DNA from: Eledone cirrhosa
Taxonomy: Eukaryota
Direction: 5' to 3'
Assembly: GCA_964016885.1 (NCBI GenBank)
Contig: CAXHJY010001120.1
Coordinates: 1-30,977 of the forward strand
Length of the DNA: 30,977 nt
The translations under genes and the position numbers were made by a program. Shown piece by piece: positions 16,321 through 30,977 of the stretch. How positions within the stretch are numbered: the first letter of the stretch is position 1; every line of letters begins with the position of its first letter. The notes below the pieces were generated by a model. It saw nothing but the letters and a program-made list of their open reading frames with translations, did no database searches and was not told the DNA's origin.

Positions 16321-16724
16321 AATGGTATACTTGTTTATTTTGAGATGCATAGATTTTGCCTTAGTTCTTGTTTATTGTATTTCCTAACACTGAAACTATG
16401 TAAAAACATACATTGGATCAAGATACGGAAAATATTCTATGTTTCTTGAAACATATATTTACTATGATCCCCTTCTCCAAACCCCCCCTTTCCCCCATAC
16501 TATTATCATCTGTATTTGTAAGCGTGTATGTATGAATATATATGTAGGTAGGTGTCTATATAGGTTTGGGTATTTATATCTGAATATAAAAATACATATA
16601 TGCGCATGCAAATATGAATGTAAGATTGTGTGTGTATATATGAGTGTGTGTATGTATGTATATATGTGTATATATGCATGTGTATATGTATGTGTATGTG
16701 AATGTGTGTATGTGTATGTGTATG

Positions 16725-16755
<31 letters not shown>

Positions 16756-17021
16756 GTATATATGTATATATAAAAATATATATATATATATATATGTATG
16801 TATATGTATATGTGTGTGTATGTATGTGTGTGTATGTGTGTTGTATATATATGTATGTCTCTCTATTTATATGTCTATCTTCGTATCTATGTGGATATAT
16901 GTGTGTGTGTGTGCATGTATACACATATATGTGTTTATGTGTATATGTGTGTATGTGTGTATATATGTGTGTGTGCACACACATATATATGTGAGTGTGT
17001 ATATGTGTCTGTGTATATGTA

Positions 17022-17055
<34 letters not shown>

Positions 17056-17143
17056 GGTGTCTATGTGTGAATATATGTCTATATTCGTATGTGTGTATAT
17101 ATGTATGTATATGTTTATATGTATATATATATATATATATATG

Positions 17144-17180
<37 letters not shown>

Positions 17181-17405
17181 TATTATTATAATATAACTTA
17201 TGTGTATGTGTGTATATGTGAGGTTGTGTATGTGTATATAATATGTGTATATATAAGTGTAAAAAAATATATATATATGTGCATGTCTGTTTTTTATGTG
17301 TGTGTATATATATATATATACGTGTGTATATATATGTATATGTGGGTGTTTGTATGTGTATTTATGGTGGTATGTGTGTGTGGGTATCTATATATATATA
17401 TGAAT

Positions 17406-17453
<48 letters not shown>

Positions 17454-17803
17454 CTCTATTAATGCGTGTATATATGTATATACATATGCCTTTTTATTTT
17501 TATTTGTATGTCTGAGTTAGGTGAGGTTGTAGTGGTGTTTCTATGTATATACGCATATATGGATGCGTATGTATTTGTATATATGAGTATAAGTAAGTGC
17601 ATATGTATGTATGATTATATATCTAATTCTATGTATGAATATACATGTATATATATGTGTGTATGTAAGTTGTGTGTGTATGTATGTATATGTCTATGTG
17701 TGTATATATATATGTATGTATATCGATGTATGTGTATGTATGTACATGTATGTCTATGTATGTGTGTATGTATGTGTGTGTATATATATATGTATGTGTA
17801 TAT

Positions 17804-18414
17804 ATGGTCAGGTCACCAGTTGGTGCTACTGGTAACATGTATTCCAGTACAACCTGTCCCATGGTCGGGTCGTTGGCGACTAAACTGGCAACCCCACCAA
17901 GGTTTCTTGGTGAGGAGGGTGACTTTGGACATCCTGCAGGACTAAAAACAAAACCTGTCAAAAGGCAAAGGAGCTCTTAAGAGTCAATGGCCATCCAAAA
18001 TCACCGGGAGAGATGACCCCTTAGCCTTTGTCAAGGCAGAATTCTAGGAGAAGGAAAACTCTGATATAACACCTGCAACCCTGATGGTATCCAATGATGT
18101 TGACTTGTTCTTCTTTTTGGTAAATATCATCTTGGTTAAGAGAGTGGGACTGGCTTTGTGCAGTGCCTTTGCTCACTATAAAAGCTTCACGGCACAGGCA
18201 TTGCTTTGTATCTGGAGATCTCTCTGCATTTGTCGTCACATGGTACCATGGGCCCAGCACTATGTGTCAATAATTGTCACAAGTGTAGTGTTTGTACCAG
18301 AGCTTTCAAGTCGCTGGCTGGACTAAAAAGTCACACTCGTTCAGCGCATCAGTAGGGGTTCTCCTACATGGATATAAAGTAGTGGCCGTACTCGAAAACG
18401 AGTTGGCAGCCACC

Positions 18415-18417
<3 letters not shown>
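17804..18417 (+). mobile_element. ~610-bp complex-sequence insert, possibly derived from an RTE-type 5'UTR/SINE
   Basis: Sharp boundaries against simple repeats. It contains GTTGGCGACTAAACTGGCAACCCCACC and CTAGGAGAAGGAAAACTCTG, which recall RTE 5'UTRs (unverified). Confidence 0.35.
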
Positions 18418-18478
<61 letters not shown>

Positions 18479-18700
18479 GTATATATCTTTATTATTTATT
18501 TTTTATATATATGTGTGTGTGTATGTGTTGTGTGTGTGTGTGTGTGTATATATATCTTTATATATGTGTATGTGTATGTTCGTGTAGGTGTATGTGTGTG
18601 TATGACTTTATATGTATGTGTGTATGCGTATATATTTCTATGTGTGTGTACATGTATGTATGTGTGTGTATGTGTATGTGTGTGTATGTGTATATGTATG

Positions 18701-18755
<55 letters not shown>

Positions 18756-19089
18756 ATATATATATATATATATCTATATGTTTTTCTATTTGTATATGTA
18801 TGTGTGTATAGGTATATACCTTTCTCTTTGTATGTCTAAGCTGTGTGATAGTGTAGTGGTGTTTGTATGTATATACCGATATATAGATGCGTAAGTATTT
18901 GTCTGTATGTATATATGTAAGTCTGTATATATTTGTGTGTATATATAGCTATGTATGTGTATATCTGTATGTATATTAGTATGTAAGTGTTGTATATGTG
19001 CATGTATGTGTGTGGTTATATATATGTGTGTCTATATAGTATGTGTGATTATATGTATATGTGTGTGTATATGTACGTGTATATACATA

Positions 19090-19148
<59 letters not shown>

Positions 19149-20033
19149 ATTTGTATGTATATGTGTATATGTATGTATGTGTGTATATGTATATGTTTAT
19201 ATATGTGTGTGTATGTATGTTCTTAGTGTGGATGTGTGTATATGTATGTATGTGTTTGTATATGTGTGTATATATATGTATGTGTGTGTGTGTGTCTATG
19301 TGTATATATATGTATATGTATATATATATATGTGTGTATATATATATATATATGTATGTATGTGTATATATATATATATATATATATTTTCTTGATATAT
19401 TTCTTTTTTCTTTTTTCTTTTTTCTTTTTTCTTTCTATTCTTTCCTCTTTAATATTTATTTATTATTTATTATTTTTTATTTTCTTAGTTTATAGATACA
19501 TCTATATTAGGCAGTCTGCTCAGACCGTTGAATACTGACCTCTCCCCCCCCCTCCCACCTAATTTCTGTATCTTGATCTAAATGTGTGTGCCAGTGTTTA
19601 TGTGAGTGAATTAATATCCATGCGCTTATGATTTTATATCCACATATATAAATGTGAGTGGGGGTGTGTGTGTGTTTGTATGTTCGTGGTTATGTGTATA
19701 TTTATGCATATACGCGCGTGTATGTGTGATTGTACGGATATGTGTGAGTATGAAAAAATATATTTATATACTTAATTTCATATTTGTGTGTCAATACGCA
19801 TCTTATCTGTGCATTATAAACTTACAGAGACATTAACCTTGAAATTTTGTATTTGCATCCATCCTTTTAGTATGCGTATACAAATTATACATACATTTTT
19901 GTAAAATATGTGTAAGGGTTTTACATGTATATACACACACCGAACTGCATTTAACCCTTTGTGTTTTCATTGGTCAATTTTGTTCCCAAACGGACCTGAA
20001 ATTTTGAATTGTTGTTATTATCAATAAATATAC

Positions 20034-20187
20034 TTCATTATTTCTGAAGACGGCGTATATATGTGTTGGTATGTATATTTAATCTTGATAGTTTGTATAA
20101 TTTTGTATAATTTTGTACATAGATCTGTTGAATATGCATGCCAATTCTAACACATATATATCCTAGAAACGATCGTTAAATAATGAA
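20034..20187 (+). ncRNA. Type I HHR-like motif with ~115-nt stem II region, family C
   Basis: UUCAUUAUUU-CUGAAGA-[CGGCG-UAUAUAUGUGUUGG...CUAACACAUAUAUA-UCCUA]-GAAA-C(GAUC)G-UU-AAAUAAUGAA. It has a perfect 10-bp stem I and a palindromic minimal stem III, but the base of stem II pairs poorly. Confidence 0.68.
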
Positions 20188-20383
20188 CTTTTTTTGTTTA
20201 ATATAAGGAACTGTCTCATTGTTTATTCATTATTTGTTTAATATTTTATCTTGACTCTGTATACCGTTTATCTTTCACCGAAAGTGATTTTTCATTACAT
20301 CTCTTCTTTCCATGATATCCGGAATACATTGAGTTCTTCATACGGATTGGACACTACCGTAAACTCTTGGTAGATTTATCTAC

Positions 20384-21487
<1,104 letters not shown>

Positions 21488-21959
21488 TACAATATTAAAT
21501 AAATGGAAAACTATATTTATAAAACCATATTTATTTCATTATATATATTTCGGGGATATCATATTAACAATATGCTATGCCTTCATCAGACAAAATACAA
21601 TAAAAACAGTTTTATAGATAAATATATTCGACATACCGTAATAAACATCAACTTCATTTGAAGAGGTTTACGCTAGCAGTGAAAATACAGAGAGAAAGAA
21701 AGAGAGAAAGAAAAGAGGGAAAAACGAAAGAAAGAAAGACAAAACGAAGAAAAGGAAGAAAAAGAAGAAAAAGAAAAAGAAGAAATGCATGGAACAAAAT
21801 AGAGAGATGGAAAAATAGATAAAGTGAAGAGCTTCATGTAAAGAGACAGAAAGATATATATATATATAGAGAGAGAGAGGAAATAGAGATAGATACATAT
21901 ATATATATAGAAAATTAGGTAGTGGGAGGTCATTTTGAGTAAGTGTATCAATGATACAT

Positions 21960-21998
<39 letters not shown>

Positions 21999-22160
21999 GC
22001 TCAAGTATTAATGTAAGGGAGATATATAAATATGGTTTTATAAATATAGTTTTCCATTTATTTAATATTGTAAATATACTCCAAATATTTGTCGAGTGCT
22101 TTTATATCAGTTATAAATATTTACTAGTTGTAACCCAACAATTTTAAATATAACTTTACA
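21488..22160. mobile_element. HHR element family E: long minus-sense arm + short plus-sense arm + ~88-bp tail
   Basis: 47-bp inverted repeat 21488-21534 / 22026-22072, HHR in the left arm, tail 22073-~22160, and (TA)n on both sides. Confidence 0.7.
21532..21597 (-). ncRNA. Minimal type I hammerhead ribozyme (family E)
   Basis: UAUUUUGU-CUGAUGA-AGGCAUAGCAUAUU(GUU)AAUAUGAUAUCCCC-GAAA-UAUAUA-UA-AUGAAAUA: an 8-bp stem I with two G-U pairs and a palindromic stem/loop III. Confidence 0.72.
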
Positions 22161-23442
<1,282 letters not shown>

Positions 23443-23671
23443 TAAACAATTAAGTTAAAAAAATGTACATCCACATATGTATACTGAAATACTAGTATGC
23501 ATATGATTACACACACGTATACATATGTAGATGTACCGAGTTTTTCACTGGTCACTTTACTGTGAGTGTCCAGCTATTCTGTATGTAAACACACAGACAA
23601 ACCGGTTTTTAGAGTCATACTGGGTTTTTTAGGAAACACCTTTCCTCTATTCTCCAGAAAGCCAGACAAGG

Positions 23672-23716
23672 AATATTGAACTAGTTTCGATGTTGTTACA
23701 TCTCATCAGCAATATT
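23672..23716 (-). ncRNA. Minimal type I HHR, family D copy 1
   Basis: AAUAUUG-CUGAUGA-GAUGU(AACA)ACAUC-GAAA-CUAG-UU-CAAUAUU. Confidence 0.9.
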
Positions 23717-24140
23717 TACCTATCTTCCGGCCTCTCTAGAGAATCGTAAAAGCACATATCGTTATATGCTTTTTCTATGAAAATTAGTAGTGGGCAGACT
23801 AATTTGCATAGAGCGTGAGTACGTACCGGTTCAACGGAGACGATAAAAACAAATAACGAAACGAAATTAAATTTCGTTTCGTTTGTAACTCACTTTTGTA
23901 TGACTGACGCTTAAACAATTAAGTTAAAAAAATGTACATCCACATATGTATACTGAAATACTAGTATGCATATGATTACACACACGTATACATATGTAGA
24001 TGTACCGAGTTTTTCACTGGTCACTTTACTGTGAGTGTCCAGCTATTCTGTATGTAAACACACAGACAAACCGGTTTTTAGAGTCATACTGGGTTTTTTA
24101 GGAAACACCTTTCCTCTATTCTCCAGAAAGCCAGACAAGG

Positions 24141-24185
24141 AATATTGAACTAGTTTCGATGTTGTTACATCTCATCAGCAATATT
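24141..24185 (-). ncRNA. HHR family D copy 2
   Basis: Identical motif. Confidence 0.9.
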
Positions 24186-24610
24186 TACCTATCTTCCGGC
24201 CTCTCTAGAGAATCGTAAAAGCACATATCGTTATATGCTTTTTCTATGAAAATTAGTAGTGGGCAGACTAATTTGCATAGAGCGTGAGTACGTACCGGTT
24301 CAACGGAGACGATAAAAACAAATAACGAAACGAAATTAAATTTCGTTTCGTTTGTAACTCACTTTTGTATGACTGACGCTTAAACAATTAAGTTAAAAAA
24401 AATGTACATCCACATATGTATACTGAAATACTAGTATGCATATGATTACACACACGTATACATATGTAGATGTACCGAGTTTTTCACTGGTCACTTTACT
24501 GTGAGTGTCCAGCTATTCTGTATGTAAACACACAGACAAACCGGTTTTTAGAGTCATACTGGGTTTTTTAGGAAACACCTTTCCTCTATTCTCCAGAAAG
24601 CCAGACAAGG

Positions 24611-24655
24611 AATATTGAACTAGTTTCGATGTTGTTACATCTCATCAGCAATATT
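24611..24655 (-). ncRNA. HHR family D copy 3
   Basis: Identical motif. Confidence 0.9.
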
Positions 24656-25081
24656 TACCTATCTTCCGGCCTCTCTAGAGAATCGTAAAAGCACATATCG
24701 TTATATGCTTTTTCTATGAAAATTAGTAGTGGGCAGACTAATTTGCATAGAGCGTGAGTACGTACCGGTTCAACGGAGACGATAAAAACAAATAACGAAA
24801 CGAAATTAAATTTCGTTTCGTTTGTAACTCACTTTTGTATGACTGACGCTTAAACAATTAAGTTAAAAAAAAATGTACATCCACATATGTATACTGAAAT
24901 ACTAGTATGCATATGATTACACACACGTATACATATGTAGATGTACCGAGTTTTTCACTGGTCACTTTACTGTGAGTGTCCAGCTATTCTGTATGTAAAC
25001 ACACAGACAAACCGGTTTTTAGAGTCATACTGGGTTTTTTAGGAAACACCTTTCCTCTATTCTCCAGAAAGCCAGACAAGG

Positions 25082-25126
25082 AATATTGAACTAGTTTCGA
25101 TGTTGTTACATCTCATCAGCAATATT
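25082..25126 (-). ncRNA. HHR family D copy 4
   Basis: Identical motif. Confidence 0.9.
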
Positions 25127-25550
25127 TACCTATCTTCCGGCCTCTCTAGAGAATCGTAAAAGCACATATCGTTATATGCTTTTTCTATGAAAATTAGTAG
25201 TGGCAGACTAATTTGCATAGAGCGTGAGTACGTACCGGTTCAACGGAGACGATAAAAACAAATAACGAAACGAAATTAAATTTCGTTTCGTTTGTAACTC
25301 ACTTTTGTATGACTGACGCTTAAACAATTAAGTTAAAAAAATGTACATCCACATATGTATACTGAAATACTAGTATGCATATGATTACACACACGTATAC
25401 ATATGTAGATGTACCGAGTTTTTCCACTGGTCACTTTACTGTGAGTGTCCAGCTATTCTGTATGTAAACACACAGACAAACCGGTTTTTAGAGTCATACT
25501 GGGTTTTTTAGGAAACACCTTTCCTCTATTCTCCAGAAAGCCAGACAAGG

Positions 25551-25595
25551 AATATTGAACTAGTTTCGATGTTGTTACATCTCATCAGCAATATT
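25551..25595 (-). ncRNA. HHR family D copy 5
   Basis: Identical motif. Confidence 0.9.
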
Positions 25596-25773
25596 TACCT
25601 ATCTTCCGGCCTCTCTAATTTAATTTCGTTTCGTTATTTGTTTTTATCGTCTCCGTTGAACCGGTACGTACTCACGCTCTATGCAAATTAGTCTGCCCAC
25701 TACTAATTTTCATAGAAAAAGCATATAACGATATGTGCTTTTACGATTCTCTAGAGAGGCCGGAAGATAGGTA

Positions 25774-25818
25774 AATATTGCTGATGAGATGTAACAACAT
25801 CGAAACTAGTTCAATATT
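25774..25818 (+). ncRNA. HHR family D copy 6
   Basis: Identical motif on the plus strand. Confidence 0.9.
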
Positions 25819-26242
25819 CCTTGTCTGGCTTTCTGGAGAATAGAGGAAAGGTGTTTCCTAAAAAACCCAGTATGACTCTAAAAACCGGTTTGTCTGTGTG
25901 TTTACATACAGAATAGCTGGACACTCACAGTAAAGTGACCAGTGAAAAACTCGGTACATCTACATATGTATACGTGTGTGTAATCATATGCATACTAGTA
26001 TTTCAGTATACATATGTGGATGTACATTTTTTTAACTTAATTGTTTAAGCGTCAGTCATACAAAAGTGAGTTACAAACGAAACGAAATTTAATTTCGTTT
26101 CGTTATTTGTTTTTATCGTCTCCGTTGAACCGGTACGTACTCACGCTCTATGCAAATTAGTCTGCCCACTACTAATTTTCATAGAAAAAGCATATAACGA
26201 TATGTGCTTTTACGATTCTCTAGAGAGGCCGGAAGATAGGTA

Positions 26243-26287
26243 AATATTGCTGATGAGATGTAACAACATCGAAACTAGTTCAATATT
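26243..26287 (+). ncRNA. HHR family D copy 7
   Basis: Identical motif on the plus strand. Confidence 0.9.
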
Positions 26288-26583
26288 CCTTGTCTGGCTT
26301 TCTGGAGAATAGAGGAAAGGTGTTTCCTAAAAAACCCAGTATGACTCTAAAAACCGGTTTGTCTGTGTGTTTACATACAGAATAGCTGGACACTCACAGT
26401 AAAGTGACCAGTGAAAAACTCGGTACATCTACATATGTATACGTGTGTGTAATCATATGCATACTAGTATTTCAGTATACATATGTGGATGTACATTTTT
26501 TTTAACTTAATTGTTTAAGCGTCAGTCATACAAAAGTGAGTTACAAACGAAACGAAATTTAATTTCGTTTCGTTATTTGTTTT

Positions 26584-27422
<839 letters not shown>

Positions 27423-27424
<2 letters not shown>

Positions 27425-29356
27425 GCTAGTGAGGAAGGACGAGAACAAGGGGGACGAAATAAGTAACTTCAGGCCCATAACACTGCTAAATACAGAGTTA
27501 CAGATTTTGGCCAAGGTGCTAGCAAAGAGGTTGGCGCTTGTCGTGGGCAACCTGGTGGGAGATGCGCAGACATGCGCTATCCCGTCCAGGTCCATCCATG
27601 ACAACCTCCACCTCATGCGATACATCATAGAGAGGGTTGGGAACGAACCCGGCTTTGGTGGGGCTCTGATCAACTTGGATCAATCTAAGGCGTTCGATAG
27701 GGTCGACCATGGTTACCTGGATGCGGTGCTAGCGGCGGCAGGCTTCGGACCCGTTTTCAGGGCTGGATCACTGCTATGCACAGCAGCCGCATCTGCTCTA
27801 GGTCAAAGTGAACGGCTACCTCTCGGAGCCGTTCAAAATCGCGCGGTCCATCCGACAAGGGTGCCCTCTCTCCTCCCTTCTGTATGTGTTGACTCTCGAG
27901 CCACTACTGCGGAAGTTGGAGTTGTTGCAGGGCATCCCTTTGGAACCGGGATTGCGGAAAGCGGTGTCGGCCTACGCCGATGACGTGACAGTAATGGTGT
28001 CGACGGCCTCCGAAATCGAGGCGGTCGGCACCTTACTGGAGGAGTATGAAAAGTTCACAGGGGCTAAGCTGAACCGGGACAAGTCGATCGGTTTGCAACT
28101 CGGCACGTGGAGGGGCAGACCGATGCCCTCCGACGGCGTCGTCGGACGCTGGACGGAGGGCCCGGTGAAGTTGCTCGGGGTCTGGTTCGGACCGGACCTC
28201 CAGGTGGAGAAAAACTGGGCGGAGGTTACGAACAGGGTGTTTGCACTGACCCAGAAGTGGGCCAGTTGCAAACTATCCCTGAAAGGTCGGGCGGAGGTGG
28301 CGAACACCTACATAGCGTCCGTCATCTACTACCGCCTGACCGTAGTGCCCTGCCCAAGGGAAACCCTCACCAAGATGGAGCGCGCGCTCTTCCAATTCCT
28401 TTGGAAGAGGCGGGCTCCTATGGTGAGGAGATCCATCTGCTGTCAACACCCTTCGAAAGGAGGGCTGGGGATGCCGTGGCTAATGATGCGTAAACACGCT
28501 TTAAGGCTACGGCACCTCTACGTATTCCTCACCGGACAACCGGTGTGGGCCTCGTTTGTGAGACGAACATTTCCCAGACTCGTCTCACTCACCGAGCTGC
28601 AATCCTGGGTCAAGCAAAGACCGAGAAAACTGGGCGCCTGGCACACTGAGTGTGCCCAGGCGCTCACCGCCCTCTGGCAGGCGGATCCGGTTATCAGTGG
28701 AGACTCCACCGCAACATTCTATAGAGGGCTGGTACGCAGCAGGTGCGACGACGCCCTCGGAGAAGCCCTAGACATGGAGGAGGACGAACTGGCCAGCCTG
28801 TTCGGTAGGACATTCAGCCCGGGACCTATGGACAACTTCCAGAAGTCCCTGGCCTGGCAGTGCTACCGAGGGGCTTTACCCGTTCGAGAAAGGCTCTACA
28901 GACACGGGCGCCCGGGTAGGGACCCCGCCAAAAAGATCTGTCCCAGATGCGTGTGCGACGAGGAAACCGTTGCACACGCATTGGTACACTGCTCGGGCGT
29001 AGCCGATCTGTGGGGCTATGTCGAACAACTGCTGTCAAGGGTGGGACCGATCCGGTTGACCACCGAGTCTATTGTAATGATCAAGCCGCCTCCCCCCTTC
29101 AAAGATGAAGCAGAGGCGGTGTTTTCTGTGCGTAATAGCCATGGCGAAAGAGGTTGTATGGTGGACGCGTCTGAAAGGACTGAGGTCAGGCACCTTTCTC
29201 TCTGGCCAACAACTGGTCCGTTTCTTCCGATACCATTTCGGAAGAAGGATCAGGATGGAGAGAGAGGTGCTGCACCCCAGCCGTTTCTATGAAAGATGGG
29301 TGAAAGTGGCGAGAATGGCCCGTGTGAATGGGCCTTCACTCTACATCAGACTATAG
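27423..29356 (+). pseudogene. LINE ORF2 fragment: RT domain + C-terminal zinc-binding region, frameshifted
   Basis: [60 protein letters not shown] and CPRC..ETVAHALVHC. There are frameshifts at ~27760, ~27800 and ~29100-29120, and the stop is at 29354-29356. Confidence 0.9.
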
Positions 29357-29618
29357 GTGAGGAAGATGAAAGACCAAGGGAGCACCCCTTCTCTGTGCTC
29401 CTGAGGAGAAGGGTTGCACACTTTTTTCGGGGGTGTGTGCGACCCCCCAAGGCGCCTCCTCTCTATTGAGGATTTTGTTAAAAATTTTATTTTTTGTTAT
29501 ATCTTATTTTATTTTATATTTTGTTATTGCCTCCTCCTTATTGAGGACGCCTTTTTGTGTAAACTCCCCCCTTTGTACTTGTCCCACTTTTGATGCCCTA
29601 GTGGCAAATAAAAGAAAC
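27423..29618 (+). mobile_element. 5'-truncated L1/Tx1-clade non-LTR retrotransposon
   Basis: GC-rich island with an RT ORF2 fragment, a T-rich 3'UTR, and AATAAA plus a short A-rich end at ~29607-29617. Confidence 0.9.
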
Positions 29619-29670
29619 ATATCTATCTATCTATATATATAAAAATGAATGTATGTTTGTTTGTTTGTCC

Positions 29671-30151
29671 AAAGATATAAACGGAGAAAGAGAAATCAAC
29701 GTATATTCAAACAGAGAGTGAAAGAGCGAGTAGTCTGGCTGCTTTGAACCACTCCCTATATTAGACTGTCTCTAAAGTTATAAACGGAGAAAGAGAAATC
29801 AACGTATAGACAAAGAGAGAGTGAAAGAGCAACGAGTGAAAGAGCGAGTAGTCTGGCTGCTTTGAACCACTCCCTATATTAGACTGTCTCTAAAGTTATA
29901 AACGGAGAAAGAGAAATCAACGTATAGACAAAGAGAGAGAGTGAAAGAGCAACGTATAGAGAAAGAGAGAGTGCTATAAACGAAGAAAGAGAAATCAACG
30001 TATAGACAAAGAGTGAGTGAAAGAGCGAGTGTGAAATTTTTTTAATTAAAGATAATTTCAATAGAATTAGTATTCTCTCTTTAATTTAATATAATTTCAA
30101 TAGAATTAGTAAATTCTCTCTTTAATTTAATATAATTTCAATAGAATTAGT
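29671..30151 (+). repeat. Helitron-internal minisatellites (118-bp and ~40-bp units)
   Basis: TTAGACTGTCTCTAAAGTTATAAACGGAG at 29761 and 29879. ATAATTTCAATAGAATTAGTA at ~30052, 30091 and 30133. Confidence 0.88.
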
Positions 30152-30286
30152 ATAGTGTCTGTTTCACATTACTTCCCTTCCACTCCCATTACAGGAATTC
30201 TTTTTCAGCTAGCCCTTAACTAAGTGCTGTAATTTGATATCTTCATTTCGTCTGTCCTTATTTTCCTGACCTGGACACATACGTGG

Positions 30287-30977
30287 ACCGACATCATTCC
30301 AAGAATTGAGAACAGTAAACGGTCAAGTATGTGCCACTTATCGTGAAGCTTGCCAAGAATTAAATCTTCTTGAAAATGATGGACATTGGGACACTTCACT
30401 CGCTGATGCATCGAATACTGCTCGACCAAAGCAAATACGCACATTATTCTCAATAATATTGACAACGTGCTTCCCATCAAATCCAAAAGATCTTTGGGGA
30501 AAATATAAAGACTACATGAGTGAAGACATCCTACATCGTTTGCGTGCAACAAATCAAAATATGAATATTCAATTCACACAAAATGTGTATAATGAAGCAT
30601 TGGTTTCCATTGAGGTCATATGTTTAGCAATCGCTAACAAAACATTGGTACAATTGGGAATGCCTGCGCCGAATCGATCTGTAAACGACAAACAAACTTT
30701 GATGTCGCCGAATTGGGTACATTTGTTCAAACGAATCTTCCCAAATTGCTACCAGAACAACGCATAGTATATGACCAAATTATGCAGGCAATTATAAGTC
30801 AAAGCGGCGGATTGTATTTTATAGATGCGCCCGGTGGTACAGGCAAAACTTTTCTCATTTCACTTATTTTGGCAACTATACGATCAGAAATAATATTGCA
30901 CTGGCAATCGCATCATCTGGAATTGCGGCAACTCTTTTAGATGGTGGCCGAACAGCACATTCAGCCCTGAAATTGCC
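30287..30977 (+). pseudogene. Helitron RepHel fragment (pre-helicase region and Pif1-family helicase motifs I/Ia), frameshifted
   Basis: PTSFQELRTVNGQVCATYREAC..LLENDGHW..QIRTLFSIIL, then EQRIVYD..FIDAPGGTGKTFL, then in a shifted frame ASSGIAATLLDGGRTAHSALKLP. Confidence 0.92.

Larger units (their letters stand above)
14956..20249 (+). repeat. Right arm of ~5.3-kb inverted repeat
   Basis: Reverse complement of 9025-14324. Confidence 0.97.
23443..26583. mobile_element. Retrozyme-like array (family D): 469-470-bp HHR monomers, ~4.6 copies minus-sense then ~2.06 copies plus-sense
   Basis: Units start at 23443, 23912, 24381, 24851 and 25321. The inversion is at ~25617, and the right arm runs 66 bp (26518-26583) past the point where the left arm ends. 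Each monomer has one HHR and no credible ORF. Confidence 0.9.
29630..30977 (+). mobile_element. Helitron, internally deleted, continues beyond the window
   Basis: Candidate 5' end A|TCTATATATATAAAAATGAATGTATGTTTGTTTGTTTGTCC, then subterminal tandem repeats, then a RepHel helicase-side fragment. Confidence 0.8.

Noticed and set aside
17804-17940. HDV-like ribozyme at the start of the RTE-like insert
   Set aside because: I could not build the nested double pseudoknot by eye.
25681-26033. Pol III signals in the D monomer (ATGCAAAT octamer, T7 run after hairpin)
   Set aside because: These are short motifs in AT-rich DNA, the octamer is explained by a stem, and no PSE or A/B boxes were recognised.
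23443-26583. CRISPR array or DNA transposon with long TIRs
   Set aside because: There are no variable spacers or cas genes. The arms are asymmetric and each unit carries an HHR, which fits a retro-element.
30287-30977. Host PIF1 gene
   Set aside because: It is intronless and frameshifted, and is preceded by Helitron-specific RepHel sequence and a Helitron-like terminus.

Overview
Animal (invertebrate-type, inferred) repetitive DNA with no host gene. The window is an interrupted (TA)n microsatellite field colonised by mobile elements. It holds: (A) an apparently intact Penelope-like element (PLE; Naiad-like DKT and CxCx5C motifs) on the minus strand, running off the left edge, with an upstream U3:A8-variant hammerhead ribozyme (HHR); (B) a non-coding HHR element; (C) two insertions of a second PLE family, one a 0.56-kb fold-back and one an 11.4-kb fold-back with 5.3-kb arms and a GIY-YIG ORF fragment; (E) another small HHR element; (D) a 469-bp tandem/inverted array of a highly structured HHR RNA (retrozyme-like); a 5'-truncated L1/Tx1-type LINE; and an internally deleted Helitron. 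In total there are 14 HHR or HHR-like motifs from 5 different sequence families. Four insertions from three families share one architecture: two head-to-head arms whose 3' ends both face the flanking (TA)n, with only the right arm carrying an extra 3' tail. The long Y/I-rich ORFs are microsatellite artefacts. All motifs and helices were read by eye, with no alignment or folding software.
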